Shown here piece by piece: positions 18,947-29,790 of a DNA stretch of 64,000 bases. The translations under genes and the position numbers were made by a program. Each line of letters starts with the position of its first letter. The first letter of the stretch is position 1. The stretch covers positions 62,001 to 126,000 of the IMG/VR virus record IMGVR_UViG_3300031963_000004; one strand, written 5' to 3'. The notes under the pieces are model-generated. The model was not told where the DNA came from. It saw only the letters and a program-made list of their open reading frames with translations, and made no database searches.

Positions 18947-19642
18947 TTACAAAATTAACAACCTCGGATTAACAATCTTGTAAAATTGTAAATCATCTTT
19001 CACAGCCTTCAGAAACTTAGCACTAATGTTAAATTCAGGGTACTCGACCAATGATTCAAACATACTCAATAGTGGATTGTGCTTGTCAATAGAAAGGGAG
19101 TAAAGATGGTTATCTTCATCTGTCAACCAAAATTGGTAGTCTGATCCTGACGCTACTGACCTATATAACTTTTTTTCTAATTTAAGCTTTTTTACACCGA
19201 TAAATGTTTGCAAATTTTCAGAGTTGGCATTATTACGCAAATCATCTATTTCTAGGTCGTAATAGTAAAACTCAGGTAACTTATAAATCATACCCCTATA
19301 TTTTTCAGGGTATTCATTAGTGTAACCATTTGCTAGGTAAGTTGATAAATCTTTTCTAAACTTACTTAACTTTTCACCTTTAAGATTTTTAACCACAATC
19401 TTTTTACTATAGTAGTCACGAATTTGTGCGGCTATTTTATGTTCGTGTTCGGTTACATTAAAACCAGAATGCCTATATTCTCGGTGTTTGCGTTGTAAAA
19501 CACTTAATGCTAAACCATCAACAGGGTCTTTCCACATTTTGTTTTCATCCATTTCAATGGAAGAAAAAATATCATCTAAGGACCAGGTGCGGGCAGTTTT
19601 AGTGTTGACTGCAAGATTGCCCAATAGTGTGTTTATACTCAT
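18947..19642 (-). CDS. Hypothetical protein
   Basis: 231 aa; ATGA overlap with uvsY. Confidence 0.6.
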   Translation of the reverse strand: MSINTLLGNLAVNTKTARTWSLDDIFSSIEMDENKMWKDPVDGLALSVLQRKHREYRHSGFNVTEHEHKIAAQIRDYYSKKIVVKNLKGEKLSKFRKDLSTYLANGYTNEYPEKYRGMIYKLPEFYYYDLEIDDLRNNANSENLQTFIGVKKLKLEKKLYRSVASGSDYQFWLTDEDNHLYSLSIDKHNPLLSMFESLVEYPEFNISAKFLKAVKDDLQFYKIVNPRLLIL

Positions 19643-20094
19643 AGAGTTACATCTTCCATTCCAGCAGTACGTAGTTTAACAATGTGGCCCATTTGCCATT
19701 GTTTGGCATCAAGACCCTTCATAATACCTAACCAACGATTACGCAAGTATGCTACTTCGTTGATTATGGTTTCAAAATCAATAACTTCTTGTTCACCGTC
19801 TACATACTTTTCAGCATCACGGCTAGTTAAGACTCTATTATACGCTTCTAAATATTTTTGAAAATGAGTTCGGCGAATTTTCCTAAGTTTGATATTTAGG
19901 AAATTTAACACCGCTTCAATCTCTTGTAATTGATTAAAACGGTGTTCTGTTACTCCCGGAAGCGCAGATATGCTTTTTTCAAGGTTACCAAAAATCTTTA
20001 CTTCATTTTTGGCAGCGGTTAATTCAGATTCATAGTATGATATAAAATCGGGTATAACTGCCAAATCAGCAGAGATTTTTGTGTACCAATTCAT
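19639..20094 (-). CDS. uvsY: Recombination mediator UvsY
   Basis: Helical protein with LTSRDAEKYVDGE and GLDAKQWQMGHIVKL; two genes from uvsX. Confidence 0.8.
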   Translation of the reverse strand: MNWYTKISADLAVIPDFISYYESELTAAKNEVKIFGNLEKSISALPGVTEHRFNQLQEIEAVLNFLNIKLRKIRRTHFQKYLEAYNRVLTSRDAEKYVDGEQEVIDFETIINEVAYLRNRWLGIMKGLDAKQWQMGHIVKLRTAGMEDVTL

Positions 20095-20351
20095 TAGTAT
20101 CTATCCTCATCGTCATAGTCATCGTCATAATAATCTTCATCTTCATCTTGTAGATTACGGTCATCGTATATAGCTAATGCCTTATTGATGTCCTTATCAC
20201 TTCTGAATGAAGATTTTATGTCGCTTGCATCAAAATTATTTTCAATCATATATGATACAAGTTCTTCTGCTGCTTCACTCCTAGAACTCAAATCAATATG
20301 TTGGCGAAGTACATCCCATACTTCAGCAATTACATCTAAATCCATTATCAA
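20094..20351 (-). CDS. Hypothetical acidic protein
   Basis: 85 aa with an Asp/Glu-rich tail. Confidence 0.6.
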   Translation of the reverse strand: MIMDLDVIAEVWDVLRQHIDLSSRSEAAEELVSYMIENNFDASDIKSSFRSDKDINKALAIYDDRNLQDEDEDYYDDDYDDEDRY

Positions 20352-21409
20352 GTCTCCTCGGCTACTTCAGCCTCTCTCTGAACAGTAGATTGCCTATTTT
20401 GATATTCTGCCATAACTTTATCTAAGCAACCTTCTTCGTTACTTTCCCAACCCTTACGGAACATTTTAATAACTTCTCCGTCATTGGTCGTATATGAAAG
20501 ACGATTACCTTCTTTACTAAGTAGGCCGTTCTTCTCAAATAAATCAAGTAAGCCACTGTATGGATTCATACCTGTTGCATATGGAATTTTAATCTGAAGT
20601 GATTCAAATGGTTTTGCGTAACGTGTTTTCATAATTTTACACGCAGCACGAATACCATTTACTTCCGAGACTTTATTACCATCTTCATCTTCTTTGAGTT
20701 TCAATTTCTTCATTGCGACAACAATACTTGATGCGTACACAAAACCTTGTCCACCTGAAATTTTATCGTCAGGATCAAACATATCTTGTGATGCATATGT
20801 ATGGTTAGTTGCAACCATTCCAATGTTTAATGCTCCAAACATATTTACACAATTTCTAACTAAAGCAGTTAGTGCTTTGGGCTTACGACCCATATCGCCC
20901 TTTAAATCACCTGCATCAAACTGATTAACATCAGTAGGTGTCAATAGCATACCTAAACTATCTAAAACAAATAGAACTTTAGGTCTATCTTCTGGTGATA
21001 ATGTTTTATAATCAACTACAAATTTACTGACTGTTTTAGCAACATCGTCAATCATTGCCATATTCAGTTTAAGAAGTTTTTCCTCTGAGGTATCTACTCC
21101 TAACGCTTTGAGCCAATCTTCATCCAATGCGTTTTCTGAATCAATGAGTACCACAAAGATACCTTGTTGCTGAGCATGACGTACCAAGTTACCAGAGCAG
21201 ATGTAACTCTTTCCGGAACCAGATTCGCCAGCAAATACAGTGACCTTACCAAGAGGTACGCCTTTGCTAAAATCACCGCTAATAAGATAATTGAGTGCAT
21301 AATTTCCTGTTGAGATCCAGTCGGTCGGATCATTAAAACCAATACTAAGTCCCTCAATGGACTTAGTAATATCTTTTCTAAATTTACTAACATCAAATGG
21401 CTTTACCAA
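20348..21409 (-). CDS. uvsX: RecA-like recombinase UvsX
   Basis: GESGSGKS, IDSENALD, LDSLGML, TNHTY, SGGQG. Confidence 0.92.
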   Translation of the reverse strand: MVKPFDVSKFRKDITKSIEGLSIGFNDPTDWISTGNYALNYLISGDFSKGVPLGKVTVFAGESGSGKSYICSGNLVRHAQQQGIFVVLIDSENALDEDWLKALGVDTSEEKLLKLNMAMIDDVAKTVSKFVVDYKTLSPEDRPKVLFVLDSLGMLLTPTDVNQFDAGDLKGDMGRKPKALTALVRNCVNMFGALNIGMVATNHTYASQDMFDPDDKISGGQGFVYASSIVVAMKKLKLKEDEDGNKVSEVNGIRAACKIMKTRYAKPFESLQIKIPYATGMNPYSGLLDLFEKNGLLSKEGNRLSYTTNDGEVIKMFRKGWESNEEGCLDKVMAEYQNRQSTVQREAEVAEET

Positions 21410-21410
21410 C

Positions 21411-21620
21411 TTATCCTCCTTGTTGTCTGTTGTTGATTATATCAGGGCAATGTGAGGCTAAGGTATCAATTTCAAAATCATTTGGAAAATGCCTTAACGC
21501 TGTTCTTGCTCTATCTCTGACTAAACTTGGTACACGTGGTGTCTTACCAGGATCACAGAGTTCCTCAAGTAATTTTTTACTTTGTTTAATAGCCTTATAT
21601 CTATCAAGTGGTTGTGTCAT
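21411..21620 (-). CDS. BPSL0761-like small protein
   Basis: TPRVPSLVRDRARTALRHFP. Confidence 0.65.
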   Translation of the reverse strand: MTQPLDRYKAIKQSKKLLEELCDPGKTPRVPSLVRDRARTALRHFPNDFEIDTLASHCPDIINNRQQGG

Positions 21621-21668
21621 AATATCCTCCTAATAGTAGGGAACATCCCTGTCCCCCACTTTTGTACT

Positions 21669-22652
21669 TTAGGCTACTTTATTTTGCCTTGCACGGATCA
21701 TTGCTAGAATGTCCTGTGCTTTGTCGCTTGAGGTTGAAGGAACTGCAATTGGTTGATTGGCAACTGATTCATCTTCCCAAGGTGTGGAGTCTGCTATGGG
21801 TGCGGATGCGGGTGCCACTGAAGATTCAGCATGAGGCTCTTGTTTTTCCGCTGTTGCACCTGCAGGTACTTCCAATCCATATGGGCGATAATATGCGCCC
21901 CACTTTTCAGCATCATATGGACGACCATCAACGCTTGCCTCAAACATTTCTTTGATGACACGCATTTCTGCTTCGCTTGGTTTCTTTGGTAAAAAATCAG
22001 CAAGATTGAACAAGCCATGTGTTTCAACTGCCTGCTGTTCTGCATCAGTAAGAGGTGATTCTCTACGACTCCATGTTGAAGTGCTATAATCCGCATAACC
22101 ACCTTTACTGGTTTTGCTAATACGGAAATCTAAACCTTTCATATAGTCAGTAGGCAATTCAGTAAGTTCTGGATCCATCAAACTATTTTTGATAATTACA
22201 AAAATTTGTGGACCAATGATGAATCTACGAATCGGATTCGCTGGTGTAGCATCGTCACCAATTGGGTTCTGACGAACAAAGCCCTGAAAGATATAACTAC
22301 GCTTCTTCCAATATTTGTTTGCCATTTCTTTTAGTGATTCGTCTTTGTACCATGGGCGAACTTCTGCCAAAATTGGGCAGTTCTCACCATACATTTCAAC
22401 ACAAGGTACTTGTACTTGTATTTGCTTTACATTACTGTCTCCCTTAACACCGTTAAAGGGAAGTTTAATGATTTGACGCTCTACCCAGAAAAATTCACTC
22501 TTTGGATTACCATCTGGTAAAAACCTTACTGTTGCTGAAGTGCCTTCAGCCATATTCCAGTGTGGATAGATTGAATTATCTGATTGTGTAGAACCGGTTG
22601 ATTTGTTTTCTTGTGCCGCGATGCGGGCACGGATTTCTGCTAGACTTGCCAT
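21669..22652 (-). CDS. gp32: Single-stranded DNA-binding protein, T4 gp32-like
   Basis: VRFLPDG, CPIL, KYWKKRSY, GLDFRISK, GGYADYSTS. Confidence 0.88.
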   Translation of the reverse strand: MASLAEIRARIAAQENKSTGSTQSDNSIYPHWNMAEGTSATVRFLPDGNPKSEFFWVERQIIKLPFNGVKGDSNVKQIQVQVPCVEMYGENCPILAEVRPWYKDESLKEMANKYWKKRSYIFQGFVRQNPIGDDATPANPIRRFIIGPQIFVIIKNSLMDPELTELPTDYMKGLDFRISKTSKGGYADYSTSTWSRRESPLTDAEQQAVETHGLFNLADFLPKKPSEAEMRVIKEMFEASVDGRPYDAEKWGAYYRPYGLEVPAGATAEKQEPHAESSVAPASAPIADSTPWEDESVANQPIAVPSTSSDKAQDILAMIRARQNKVA

Positions 22653-22720
22653 AATGTTTCTCCTATAAAAATGTGCCTAAGTTGAGCCTAAATATGCTAT
22701 GTTCGTTGTACGGAGACAAC

Positions 22721-22776
22721 TTAACACACTTACATCCTAGTATAAACTAATTTTGTAAGTGTGTCAATACTATTTA
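22721..22776 (-). promoter_or_regulatory. gp32 control region: sigma70 promoter embedded in an inverted repeat, plus an upstream late promoter
   Basis: TTGACA (22762-67)-N17-TATACT (22739-44); IR arms 22724-22734 and 22754-22764; TAAATA at 22771-76. Confidence 0.75.
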
Positions 22777-22800
22777 TCCCATTAATGGGAAAATAATTTT

Positions 22801-23070
22801 TTAAAACGGTGAATCTATGATGATACCATTACTAGTTGAGTAACTAACAATATCATCTAATGTATCTATATCTGCCTTAACAGCTTCTTGTAATAATTCT
22901 GGGTTAGTATTAAAGGTAAAATGTACTTCATTACCAGAATTAACCACTTGTATATTGTCGCCAATTTTACCTTTTATATTGTTGATAAAATTTTGCCACC
23001 GTGGTGCTAATGTAGGGTCGTCCCAATAAAAGGTTCCACCATGTCTTTTTACAAATTTAACTGTAATCAT
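22801..23070 (-). CDS. Hypothetical protein
   Basis: 89 aa, in tandem with the upstream gene. Confidence 0.55.
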   Translation of the reverse strand: MITVKFVKRHGGTFYWDDPTLAPRWQNFINNIKGKIGDNIQVVNSGNEVHFTFNTNPELLQEAVKADIDTLDDIVSYSTSNGIIIDSPF

Positions 23071-23073
23071 TTT

Positions 23074-24579
23074 TTAATCCTTTATTATACCTGATAAATT
23101 TAAAATTCTATTCAAATCAACACTTTCACTAGCAGAACCTACTAGTTTGCCTTTGAAAGGATGTTGTTTTGATTTTGCGCCTAACACCGGTCCTATACTC
23201 TTTGCCTTGTCAGCACCTTTAACGTAATCACCATCCTTCTGTTCCTCCTGAACCGGTACAGGAGCTGGGGCCGGTGCAGCGACAGGAGCAGGCTGTTGAG
23301 GCATTGCAGCTGGCGCAGGTGTTGATAATTGTTCTACTCTATCTGCTATAGAATGTAATCTATGGTCTTTGGATTTCTTTAAAAAATTTAAAACCTCACC
23401 TCTTACATCTTCATCTGGATCTTCAGCAGATATTTTTTCTAATATGTCCGATAAATCATCATCTTCTAAATGATTCTGTGCCAATAAACTTTTCGCATTT
23501 TTCGCATCAGGACCTACAGGTAATTCATTGGACAATAAATCAACCAATTGTTCTTGTTGTGAATCATTAGATGGCATTAATGCTTCATCAACTAAGTTAT
23601 TTGACCATTCCTCTAATTCTGTTACCTCATCCATTGGTTTCATTGATACTTTTGTGATTCTAGCAATAATCGGTATTGCTGATTCAATTCTAGGATCGAC
23701 ATGGCTTGTCTTAAACGTTTCAGCTAAATCAGGTTGACCGATTGTATCTTCAATTAAAGTCGGGGTCCAACTTTCAAAGTATGCGTTATACCCTCTTTTA
23801 CCTGTCAACTTACGCAATGCTTCTCTCAAATTACCATAATGAGTTACGCCCTCATTAATAAAATCTTGTGCTGATTCATTAAATTGATTATTACGTGTGG
23901 CTCTTACGAACCCAGCCATTTTATTATAATCTTCAACCATCTCATTGATATGATTCCAACGATCATCATTCACTCTACCACCTTCGGCTATATGTCTAGC
24001 ATAAACTCTAGCCAAACCTGGCTTAGTGGTATTGAGTAAGAATCTTTCACCCTCAATATTTTCAAGGTAAATTCTTGCTACATTTCTATAGCGTTGCTCA
24101 CCTTCTTGTATATCTCTAGTATGTTGTAATTTAATTTTAACGGATGGAATGCTGTCATTATAACTTTGGCGTTTACCCAAAGCATGGTATCCTTCGTCTA
24201 ATCTTGTATGTTCTCTTTTGGCCATATCATATTTGAGGTTGTCCTCATCCTTTAATTCAAAACTTAGTTGGTGATTTTTAGACCATTTCTTAAGTTGTCT
24301 AATAAAATCATACCAGCTATTATCTTCACCAGGTCTAGACCCTGATGGACTATTCGCTATAGTATCATTATAATACACCACCAATTTATGTAATCCATCA
24401 ACACTGACTGTTACTGTACCGTATTCCTCTTTATCTTTTTTAAATATAAATTGAAATACCTCAGCATCGTCTGGAACAGCCATTTGCTTACCAGAACTGT
24501 CTAGCATAGTGGGCTGATATCCTCTGCTTTTAAGAAGTCTAAAAAGGTCAGAATTTAGTGTTTCTTGATTGATGGGCAT
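23074..24579 (-). CDS. Conserved hypothetical late protein
   Basis: 501 aa next to terminase; TAAATA at 24601-24606; Pro/Ala linker near the C-terminus. Confidence 0.65.
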   Translation of the reverse strand: MPINQETLNSDLFRLLKSRGYQPTMLDSSGKQMAVPDDAEVFQFIFKKDKEEYGTVTVSVDGLHKLVVYYNDTIANSPSGSRPGEDNSWYDFIRQLKKWSKNHQLSFELKDEDNLKYDMAKREHTRLDEGYHALGKRQSYNDSIPSVKIKLQHTRDIQEGEQRYRNVARIYLENIEGERFLLNTTKPGLARVYARHIAEGGRVNDDRWNHINEMVEDYNKMAGFVRATRNNQFNESAQDFINEGVTHYGNLREALRKLTGKRGYNAYFESWTPTLIEDTIGQPDLAETFKTSHVDPRIESAIPIIARITKVSMKPMDEVTELEEWSNNLVDEALMPSNDSQQEQLVDLLSNELPVGPDAKNAKSLLAQNHLEDDDLSDILEKISAEDPDEDVRGEVLNFLKKSKDHRLHSIADRVEQLSTPAPAAMPQQPAPVAAPAPAPVPVQEEQKDGDYVKGADKAKSIGPVLGAKSKQHPFKGKLVGSASESVDLNRILNLSGIIKD

Positions 24580-24606
24580 GGTTTCTCTTTATTAATAGTG
24601 TATTTA

Positions 24607-26157
24607 TCAACCTAGGACTGCATAGAAGGGTAATGGGGGCAAGAATTCCTCATAATCACGTATTTGTGTCTCCAAATCCTGATGAAAATCTCCTAAATCC
24701 TGCATCATTCTGACTGCTAGAAGTGCTGCCATTACCAAATCATCTGTTTCCCCTATCTTAGCTTTGTAAGACCCGGAGTTTGCTACAAAGGATTTAAGTT
24801 CGGAAACAAAGCTTTTACTATGAATTTTCATCTTTTTGGATTCAATTAAATGCTTCAATTTAGCACAGGCCGCTAGTTTAGTTTTGTTAGTTGTATTATA
24901 CCCTTTACGCTTTCTGATACCTGCTTCAGTCAAAAATATACCCGAAATGTTATGCTCACCGTATTCCTGTAGAGAAATTAATGCTGCTTCACCAATACTA
25001 TTATTTTCAATGCTGTAATAAACATTGTTTGGTTGCTTAGTAATATCAACAATATAATCGGTAATTTGTTTAATTAACCTAATCTGTTCAGGTATAACAG
25101 TTTGATTGTGTTTCCACTCTCCTATTTGTGTTGTCGTATTTGCTTCAAATATTTGTATTGCAGCAGGATCGCCACCAGTACCTAAACTTGGGTCAAGTGA
25201 CACCACATAAATCATATCTTTCTGAGGTTGTTTGTACCAACGAATCTGACCTACTTTGGTAATAGGATCTATACCTTCTAGTTCAAATAGTGTTGAGGGA
25301 GCGATAAGTGTTTCATCAGCAATAATAAATTCACAATCCATTTCACGACGGAAACGATCAGTACCAAGTTGCGCCCGCATTTGCTCGGCCCATGTATCGT
25401 CACGTTCAGGATGTTCTCTCCAAAATGCACGATACGCACGGAAACCATTGACACCAACTTCAGTTTGATTTCCGAATTCATCTTCTGTTTTGTTTGCCTG
25501 TTTCCAAATTAATGCGAATTGATCTTCGTCACTGTTTGGGGTACTTGTAATAATTGCTTTACCACCTGTTGACAATGTAGGGGTAATAGATGTCCAAAAC
25601 TCTTGCGCTATTGTAGGTCTAACGAATGCAAATTCGTCAAGATATAATAATGAGATAGAAAGACCACGACCTGTGTTTTCAGTAGTCGTAGCACTTACTA
25701 TACGACTTCCATTGTCAAAGTCAAGTGAACCTTTGTTATAAGTTACAACCCCTGCTTTGATATGTAGAGGGCAGTTTTCATATGCATATCTGATACGCTG
25801 CATAATTTCTTGAGCACCAGTATATTTGTGTGCAGCGACTAATATAGTGCTGTCAGGAACAAACATAGCATACCATAATAGATAACCAGCAGCACTGGTA
25901 GACTTACCTGTTTGTCGTGGCATAAGACTAATACTGAAGCGGTACTTGTGATACGTTTCAATTAATCTTTTCTGATAGTCCCATGGATGATAAAGCATAC
26001 TACCACGTGTTGGATGCTGTATGTAAAAGAAGTTATCCATAAAATACAAATAACCCATTACAGGGTCACTGCACTTTATAAAATCATCCAATTGATTACT
26101 ATCAGCAAAAACTGTTTTGCTGTAAGGGGTTTTTAGTAAGGTAGGTAAACCACTCAT
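24607..26157 (-). CDS. gp17: Terminase large subunit, T4 gp17-like
   Basis: MPRQTGKST, LYLDEFAF, ITSTPN, SLDPSLG, DDLVMA. Confidence 0.95.
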   Translation of the reverse strand: MSGLPTLLKTPYSKTVFADSNQLDDFIKCSDPVMGYLYFMDNFFYIQHPTRGSMLYHPWDYQKRLIETYHKYRFSISLMPRQTGKSTSAAGYLLWYAMFVPDSTILVAAHKYTGAQEIMQRIRYAYENCPLHIKAGVVTYNKGSLDFDNGSRIVSATTTENTGRGLSISLLYLDEFAFVRPTIAQEFWTSITPTLSTGGKAIITSTPNSDEDQFALIWKQANKTEDEFGNQTEVGVNGFRAYRAFWREHPERDDTWAEQMRAQLGTDRFRREMDCEFIIADETLIAPSTLFELEGIDPITKVGQIRWYKQPQKDMIYVVSLDPSLGTGGDPAAIQIFEANTTTQIGEWKHNQTVIPEQIRLIKQITDYIVDITKQPNNVYYSIENNSIGEAALISLQEYGEHNISGIFLTEAGIRKRKGYNTTNKTKLAACAKLKHLIESKKMKIHSKSFVSELKSFVANSGSYKAKIGETDDLVMAALLAVRMMQDLGDFHQDLETQIRDYEEFLPPLPFYAVLG

Positions 26158-26189
26158 AATTAGTATTTAGTGAACACAGGGAACTATGT

Positions 26190-27080
26190 TTATAATCCGT
26201 ATCTTCCGCGTAGTGCGTTGAAGTTTTGTTGAATTTGACTTGCGTTTAATGCTTGCCCGTAGATAGCAACTGAGCCAATATCACCGCGCCAATAGTTGTC
26301 TGACCGTGCTACTGCTTCTATTCCACTGTTTATAAATTGACTAAATGTTATGCCAGTTGCAGGAGTGCCTATCTGTTGTCCATTGACATAGTAAGTTAAT
26401 ACTCCACTAGTAGTTTGTGTCACAGCTACAACTATCCACTGGTTATCTGTTACGGTAAAAGATGCGGATGATTGGTTAGCCCACGGACTATTAGGACCGG
26501 TGCTAAAATGCAATGTCCAGGTGCTTCCGGACACGTGATACATATAGGTATTAAAGTTGCGATTGTTCCCGTCGCCACCAAACAAGTTACGATAAATGCC
26601 ATTGCCGGTATTGGCATTCACTGTTCTAATTGCAAACATTGTAGTCTTACCTGTATAGGCAACATTCATTTTAGATGTGGTCACAGGAGCAAATTGATTA
26701 GTGCCATTAAAACTAAAGTAACTAGCTGAATCTGCATCGGTAAAAGTTGGCCCGTTGGTCAAGGTAGCATTGTTTTCATAAGTGCTAAGGTCCGTCCAGG
26801 TAGTACCTGAACCAGGATAACTTGCGAGGTCACCTGCATCTAAGTGTAGTAGTAATCCTGAAGTAACCATAGAGTATGATCCTGTCCAAGGACGACCCTC
26901 GACTAATCCACTAGGATGTGATTGAGTGGTTACTGTGTTGTTTGTATAAACAGTTGGTAGTAATGTTTTATCTAATGTGCTTGGGCGACCGTCCGTTGCA
27001 CGTTTAGTAGCTGCCGCAGTTAACTTAGCATCTTGCTTTGCTTGTTTAGTCGATAGTGTTGATATACCATTTAGTGACAT
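26190..27080 (-). CDS. LamG/concanavalin-A-like lectin-domain virion protein
   Basis: GLLLHLDAGDLASYPGSGTTWTDLS...YFSFNG...YYVNG...IYGQALNASQIQQNF. Confidence 0.8.
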   Translation of the reverse strand: MSLNGISTLSTKQAKQDAKLTAAATKRATDGRPSTLDKTLLPTVYTNNTVTTQSHPSGLVEGRPWTGSYSMVTSGLLLHLDAGDLASYPGSGTTWTDLSTYENNATLTNGPTFTDADSASYFSFNGTNQFAPVTTSKMNVAYTGKTTMFAIRTVNANTGNGIYRNLFGGDGNNRNFNTYMYHVSGSTWTLHFSTGPNSPWANQSSASFTVTDNQWIVVAVTQTTSGVLTYYVNGQQIGTPATGITFSQFINSGIEAVARSDNYWRGDIGSVAIYGQALNASQIQQNFNALRGRYGL

Positions 27081-27081
27081 T

Positions 27082-27363
27082 TTATTTTCCTATTGGCTTT
27101 TCGCCTGTCATGTATGGTAAACTGAACCACAATTTAAACCATTCGGGAGTACCAGGCTGTATGTTATGTTGTTTCATTAATTGACCTTTTTCTGTACCTG
27201 TATAACTTATATTAATCTCACCACCAATCGGGTGTTGTGTTATACCTGAAAGTTTTTTTAAATCTTCTATTGTAGTTTCTTGGTTTTCTTGATATGTTGG
27301 AACGGACTTGAGTTTATCAAATCCGTTCATTACTTGTGCTTGTTTCCATACGTCAAAGGTCAT
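27082..27363 (-). CDS. Hypothetical late protein
   Basis: 93 aa; TAAATA at 27368-27373. Confidence 0.6.
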   Translation of the reverse strand: MTFDVWKQAQVMNGFDKLKSVPTYQENQETTIEDLKKLSGITQHPIGGEINISYTGTEKGQLMKQHNIQPGTPEWFKLWFSLPYMTGEKPIGK

Positions 27364-27375
27364 GACGTATTTAGT

Positions 27376-28071
27376 TTACTTTACGTCGAGTGGGCGTTTT
27401 TTGGTTGCTAGTAAACAATAGTATTGTTCGTGTACCTCTATTTTATTACCTTCTTCGTCAACACCTATCGTTAAATCAAAGTCAATCTTATCAAATTTGT
27501 CTACATCGAATCCTGCTCTCATTAACAATGCCATTAATTGAGTAGAACCCATAATACTATAATGATTTAGATTAGTTTCATGCTTTCTCTCACAATCCGG
27601 AGCAGGAACTTCAATGTAAATTTTACCGTTGAGTTTTAACAGTCTGTTATATTCCATTAAACTAAAGATAGGATATGGGCTATGTTCAAGTGCGTGTCTT
27701 AGAAAAATAAAGTCTACGCTCTCATCATAATATCCGTCGGCTTGTGGAATAAAACTTAAATCATACTTTTTAATGTTGTGTCCTTTATCTTCACATAACT
27801 TAATGTCACCAGGACTTAATGTTACGCCGACTACATTAGTATATTCTCTAGCTTTCATTTCATCAAGAAAATAACCAGGACCACAACCTAAATCTAGAAT
27901 GACAGAATCTTTTGGCAAATTTAAAGGGTCAACGTAATTTTGAACGGTTTGTGTTGTAAGTTGCTGATGAAATTGGCTTTCGCCCTCATCATAAATGTGC
28001 GCTGAATAAAGATATTCGTTGTAGAATTTTAATTTGATAAGATCAAGGGTATTGTTAATGTCTATTAGCAT
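27376..28071 (-). CDS. Class I SAM-dependent methyltransferase (small-molecule/sugar type)
   Basis: ILDLGCGPG, DFIFLRHALEH, IYIEVP. Confidence 0.85.
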   Translation of the reverse strand: MLIDINNTLDLIKLKFYNEYLYSAHIYDEGESQFHQQLTTQTVQNYVDPLNLPKDSVILDLGCGPGYFLDEMKAREYTNVVGVTLSPGDIKLCEDKGHNIKKYDLSFIPQADGYYDESVDFIFLRHALEHSPYPIFSLMEYNRLLKLNGKIYIEVPAPDCERKHETNLNHYSIMGSTQLMALLMRAGFDVDKFDKIDFDLTIGVDEEGNKIEVHEQYYCLLATKKRPLDVK

Positions 28072-28123
28072 GATTTTCCTAAAAATAAGATAAACTTACT
28101 TATTCAGAAAGTAGCTAATTAAA

Positions 28124-29301
<1,178 letters not shown>

Positions 29302-29358
29302 TTATGCTGACGGGACAAATGGTGTAGTATAAATAGTAGACTATTTTAGGAGAAAAAT

Positions 29359-29790
29359 ATGAAAAAACTATTACTTTTACTACTAGTTCCAGGACTGGTA
29401 TTCGCTGCTAAAGCCCCTCAGGGTGTTACTTATGATGCACAAATCGTCAGAGTCAACGACGGAGACACAGTTGTTATTGCAGCCCCGTTTTTACCGCAGC
29501 CCCTCAAGCCAGAACTAGCAGTAAGAATATATGGAGTTGACACTCCTGAAAAGGGTCATAGAGCGCAGTGCCCTAGTGAAAATGAGCGTGGTCAAATGGC
29601 AACAAAATTCACTACAAATGCCGTTGCTAAGTCAACTAAACGTCAGGTAATTCTTTATGGTTGGGACAAATTTGGTGGTCGTGTTCTAGGGGATATTGTA
29701 CTAGACGGTCAGAGTTTACGTGCTATGTTAATTCAAAATGGGTTTGCCCGTGAATATTTTGGAGAAGCAAAGCAAAGCTGGTGTAACTAA
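29359..29790 (+). CDS. Staphylococcal nuclease (thermonuclease) homolog with signal peptide
   Basis: MKKLLLLLLVPGLVFA signal, DGDT, RIYGVDTPE, DKFGGRVLG; TATAAATA at 29328-29335. Confidence 0.88.
   Translation: MKKLLLLLLVPGLVFAAKAPQGVTYDAQIVRVNDGDTVVIAAPFLPQPLKPELAVRIYGVDTPEKGHRAQCPSENERGQMATKFTTNAVAKSTKRQVILYGWDKFGGRVLGDIVLDGQSLRAMLIQNGFAREYFGEAKQSWCN

Noticed and set aside
21662-22447. Alternative ORFs overlapping gp32 (21662..21955, 21794..22102, 22262..22447)
   Set aside because: They are off-frame or antisense to a well-supported gene, with no independent signals.
7301-26157. Inteins, introns or homing endonucleases in terminase, helicases or UvsX
   Set aside because: Lengths are typical and motifs contiguous; no LAGLIDADG, HNH or GIY-YIG motifs seen.
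27376-28071. DNA methyltransferase (anti-restriction)
   Set aside because: No DPPY/NPPY or PC motif; the LRHALEH...IEVP pattern is that of small-molecule/sugar methyltransferases.
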